The notes beneath the pieces were generated by a model. It did no database searches. It saw nothing but the letters and a program-made list of their open reading frames with translations, and was not told where the DNA came from. 64,000 nucleotides of DNA, from the NCBI GenBank assembly GCA_965206315.1, contig OZ242210.1, positions 2,641,619-2,705,618 on the forward strand, given 5' to 3'. Both the position numbers and the translations under genes were made by a program. This document shows positions 62,354 to 64,000 of the stretch, piece after piece; positions within the stretch are counted from its first letter, which is position 1; each line of letters begins with the position of its first letter. This DNA is from Dehalococcoidia bacterium (lineage in GTDB: Bacteria > Chloroflexota > Dehalococcoidia > Lucifugimonadales > Australimonadaceae).

Positions 62354-63379
62354 CTAAGGCTCGCCGTACATGTTGCGGGCGTTCTCACGGAGGATGAGCA
62401 TCTGGTGTTCCTCCTTGATGTCCTCCCGCTCGAGGATCTCGTCGATCTCCTCCATGCAGTTCTCAATCGTGATCTCGTGCGGGAAGTCGGAGGCGAACAT
62501 GAACGGCTCCGGCCCGACGCGCTCGATGGCGTAGGAGAGCGCCTTCTCGTTGCCCTCGCAGCCGATGAACACCTGCCCGCGGCGGAAGTAGTCTTCCGGG
62601 TGGTGCGGCAGCTCGAGTCCGCCGTAGCCCATCTCGCGTTCGAGGCGGTCGATGAGCAGCGGGATCCACGCCGTGCCGCCCTCCATAAACCCGAAGTGCA
62701 GGTCCGGGAAGCGGTCGAGCACGCCGTCGACGATCATGCCGGTCATGCCGCTGAGCAGCGGGATGGGCATGCCGAGCGCACGCGACGCCGGGAAGTTCGA
62801 CATGGTGTCGAAGCCAAGGCGCTCGTAGTTGCCGCCGTGCACCGCGAGGACGCACCCGAGCTCTTCGGCGGCCTCATAGAGCGGCCAGTACTCCCGGGAG
62901 GCGATGTGCTTGATGAGGCCGTTGGACGGGATCATGCCACCGACCATGCCGAGGTCGCGGACGCACCTGCGGAGCTCGGCGACGGCTTCGTCGACGACCT
63001 GCATCGGGAGCAGGGCGATGCCCCGCAGCCGTGGGCTCTCCTTCACGAACTTGTCGTAGAGCCAGTTGTTGTACGCCCTGGCGTACGCGATGGCCCACTC
63101 CTCGAAGACGATGCGCCCGTAGAAGAGGCCGCGCGTGGGATAGAGGACGGCCCAGTCGGTGCCGGTGAGGTCCATGAACGACGTCCACTTCGTCGCGTCG
63201 GCGGGCTCGAACGCTCCCGGCGCCGGGTTGGCGCTCTGCACGCTCGGCGAGTGAAACTTGTCGCCGTCCGGCAAGATGTTGAGCGGCGTGCGCATCTTGT
63301 CGAACGGCGCTTCGAGATACTGGAAGATCTCGACGGCGTTCTCGATCACGTGACCATCTGCGTCGACGTAGCCGGACAT
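62354..63379 (-). CDS. amidohydrolase-2 family protein
   Basis: MSGYVDADGHV... ...FASDFPHE; 341 aa. Confidence 0.85.
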   Translation of the reverse strand: MSGYVDADGHVIENAVEIFQYLEAPFDKMRTPLNILPDGDKFHSPSVQSANPAPGAFEPADATKWTSFMDLTGTDWAVLYPTRGLFYGRIVFEEWAIAYARAYNNWLYDKFVKESPRLRGIALLPMQVVDEAVAELRRCVRDLGMVGGMIPSNGLIKHIASREYWPLYEAAEELGCVLAVHGGNYERLGFDTMSNFPASRALGMPIPLLSGMTGMIVDGVLDRFPDLHFGFMEGGTAWIPLLIDRLEREMGYGGLELPHHPEDYFRRGQVFIGCEGNEKALSYAIERVGPEPFMFASDFPHEITIENCMEEIDEILEREDIKEEHQMLILRENARNMYGEP

Positions 63380-63526
63380 GGCGCACCTCCCCTGTTGTGC
63401 TCACGCTCCTGTCGCTGGGCGCAGTATAAGCCTCGATGGGCGTTCGAGGAACAGGCAAGCCCGTACCTGCCCGCACCGCTTGGGCCGTGTACGTTTGCGG
63501 CGCATGCGTGCGTCTACGACGCTCGG

Positions 63527-63633
63527 CTGGATTCCCGCCTTCGCGGGAATGACGGAGGGGGCGGGAACGACGAGGAAGCGGGAATGAAGAGGAAGCACCG
63601 ACGAGGAAGGGCACCCACGAGAGGTGCCCCTAC
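63527..63633. repeat. intergenic repeat cluster (A inverted, degenerate A fragments, C)
   Basis: The cluster contains ctggattcccgccttcgcgggaatgacgg and gggcacccacgagaggtgcccctaca. Confidence 0.85.
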
Positions 63634-63739
63634 ATCTCGACAGGCAATCCGCGTGGGGCTTATGACAGGCCGAATTCGCCCCAGCGGGCAGCGACGCCCT
63701 ATTCCTCAATGCAATTGGATTCCGCTAATCGACCCTCAT

Positions 63740-64000
63740 TCACCACGATGTATATAGAGTGGAAACCACCAATATAAGACCGATGTACATAGGTACGAAC
63801 GGAATCACGTAGAGATAGTGCGGCAACAGTTGCCATAGGTTCTCGTTTCTTTTGTGTTTCTGGTTCCAATAGTAGATGACCAATACACACATTGACACCA
63901 GTATCATCACAATCATAGAAATCGGAATCGTATTCGAATTGTTATACTTGTCGAGGAGGAGGTTGAAATAAACAACTAACCCGATGGAAGTGAGGTAAGC
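63740..64000 (-). CDS. AT-rich hypothetical membrane protein, C-terminal part (the gene continues beyond the window)
   Basis: The minus-strand frame is open from base 64000 to the stop at 63740-63742. The product is AYLTSIGLVVYFNLLLDKYNNSNTIPISMIVMILVSMCVLVIYYWNQKHKRNENLWQLLPHYLYVIPFVPMYIGLILVVSTLYTSW*, which is hydrophobic. It is not in the ORF track because the start is outside the window. Confidence 0.5.
   Translation of the reverse strand, partial: AYLTSIGLVVYFNLLLDKYNNSNTIPISMIVMILVSMCVLVIYYWNQKHKRNENLWQLLPHYLYVIPFVPMYIGLILVVSTLYTSW

Noticed and set aside
63699-63890. 63-aa minus-strand track ORF (MCIGHLLLEPETQKK...)
   Set aside because: It is in a different frame from the hydrophobic ORF that stays open to the window edge. 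The latter has coherent membrane-protein character and was preferred.

Overview
This is a 64-kb bacterial segment that is visibly high in GC (about two-thirds G+C by eye). GC drops at about 25.8-27.1 kb, 35.6-36.1 kb and in the last 300 bp. I recognise no rRNA, tRNA or CRISPR. I support about 70 protein-coding genes. Most are paralogous catabolic or redox enzymes: four amidohydrolase-2 type hydrolases, two LLM-class oxidoreductases, two three-subunit molybdenum-hydroxylase clusters, two bicupins plus monocupins, two SDRs, an amidase, a maleate-isomerase-like gene, an OCD-like gene, a sulfite-oxidase-like gene and an RdhA-like gene. There are also transporters (MFS, MMPL), Thr/Pro-linker lipoproteins (some with HExxH), at least six toxin-antitoxin modules, two IS30-family insertion sequences, two small GIY-YIG nuclease genes and a degraded phage packaging module (TerS-like and TerL). 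Nearly every intergenic gap holds short hairpin-forming interspersed repeats of several families. Because GC is high, the ORF track contains many long antisense shadow ORFs, which I rejected. Gene content and lipoprotein style suggest a Chloroflexota-like organism, but this is inference only. The observations most worth follow-up are: (1) each GIY-YIG gene is bracketed by its own matched inverted pair of the commonest hairpin repeat, which makes it a candidate autonomous unit for that repeat family; (2) both IS30 copies sit at the identical position of that hairpin; (3) repeats are embedded in frame inside a TerL gene and between a GatC-like module and an amidase; (4) an MMPL / RdhA-like operon carries a split RdhA paralogue and a 7Fe-ferredoxin-GlcG fusion; (5) one Mo-hydroxylase cluster is bracketed by inverted, independently frameshifted ParE-like TA paralogues; (6) a tightly coupled seven-gene operon links a Mo-hydroxylase to a histidine-decarboxylase-like enzyme; (7) an intrinsic terminator lies in the leader of the sulfite-oxidase-like gene.
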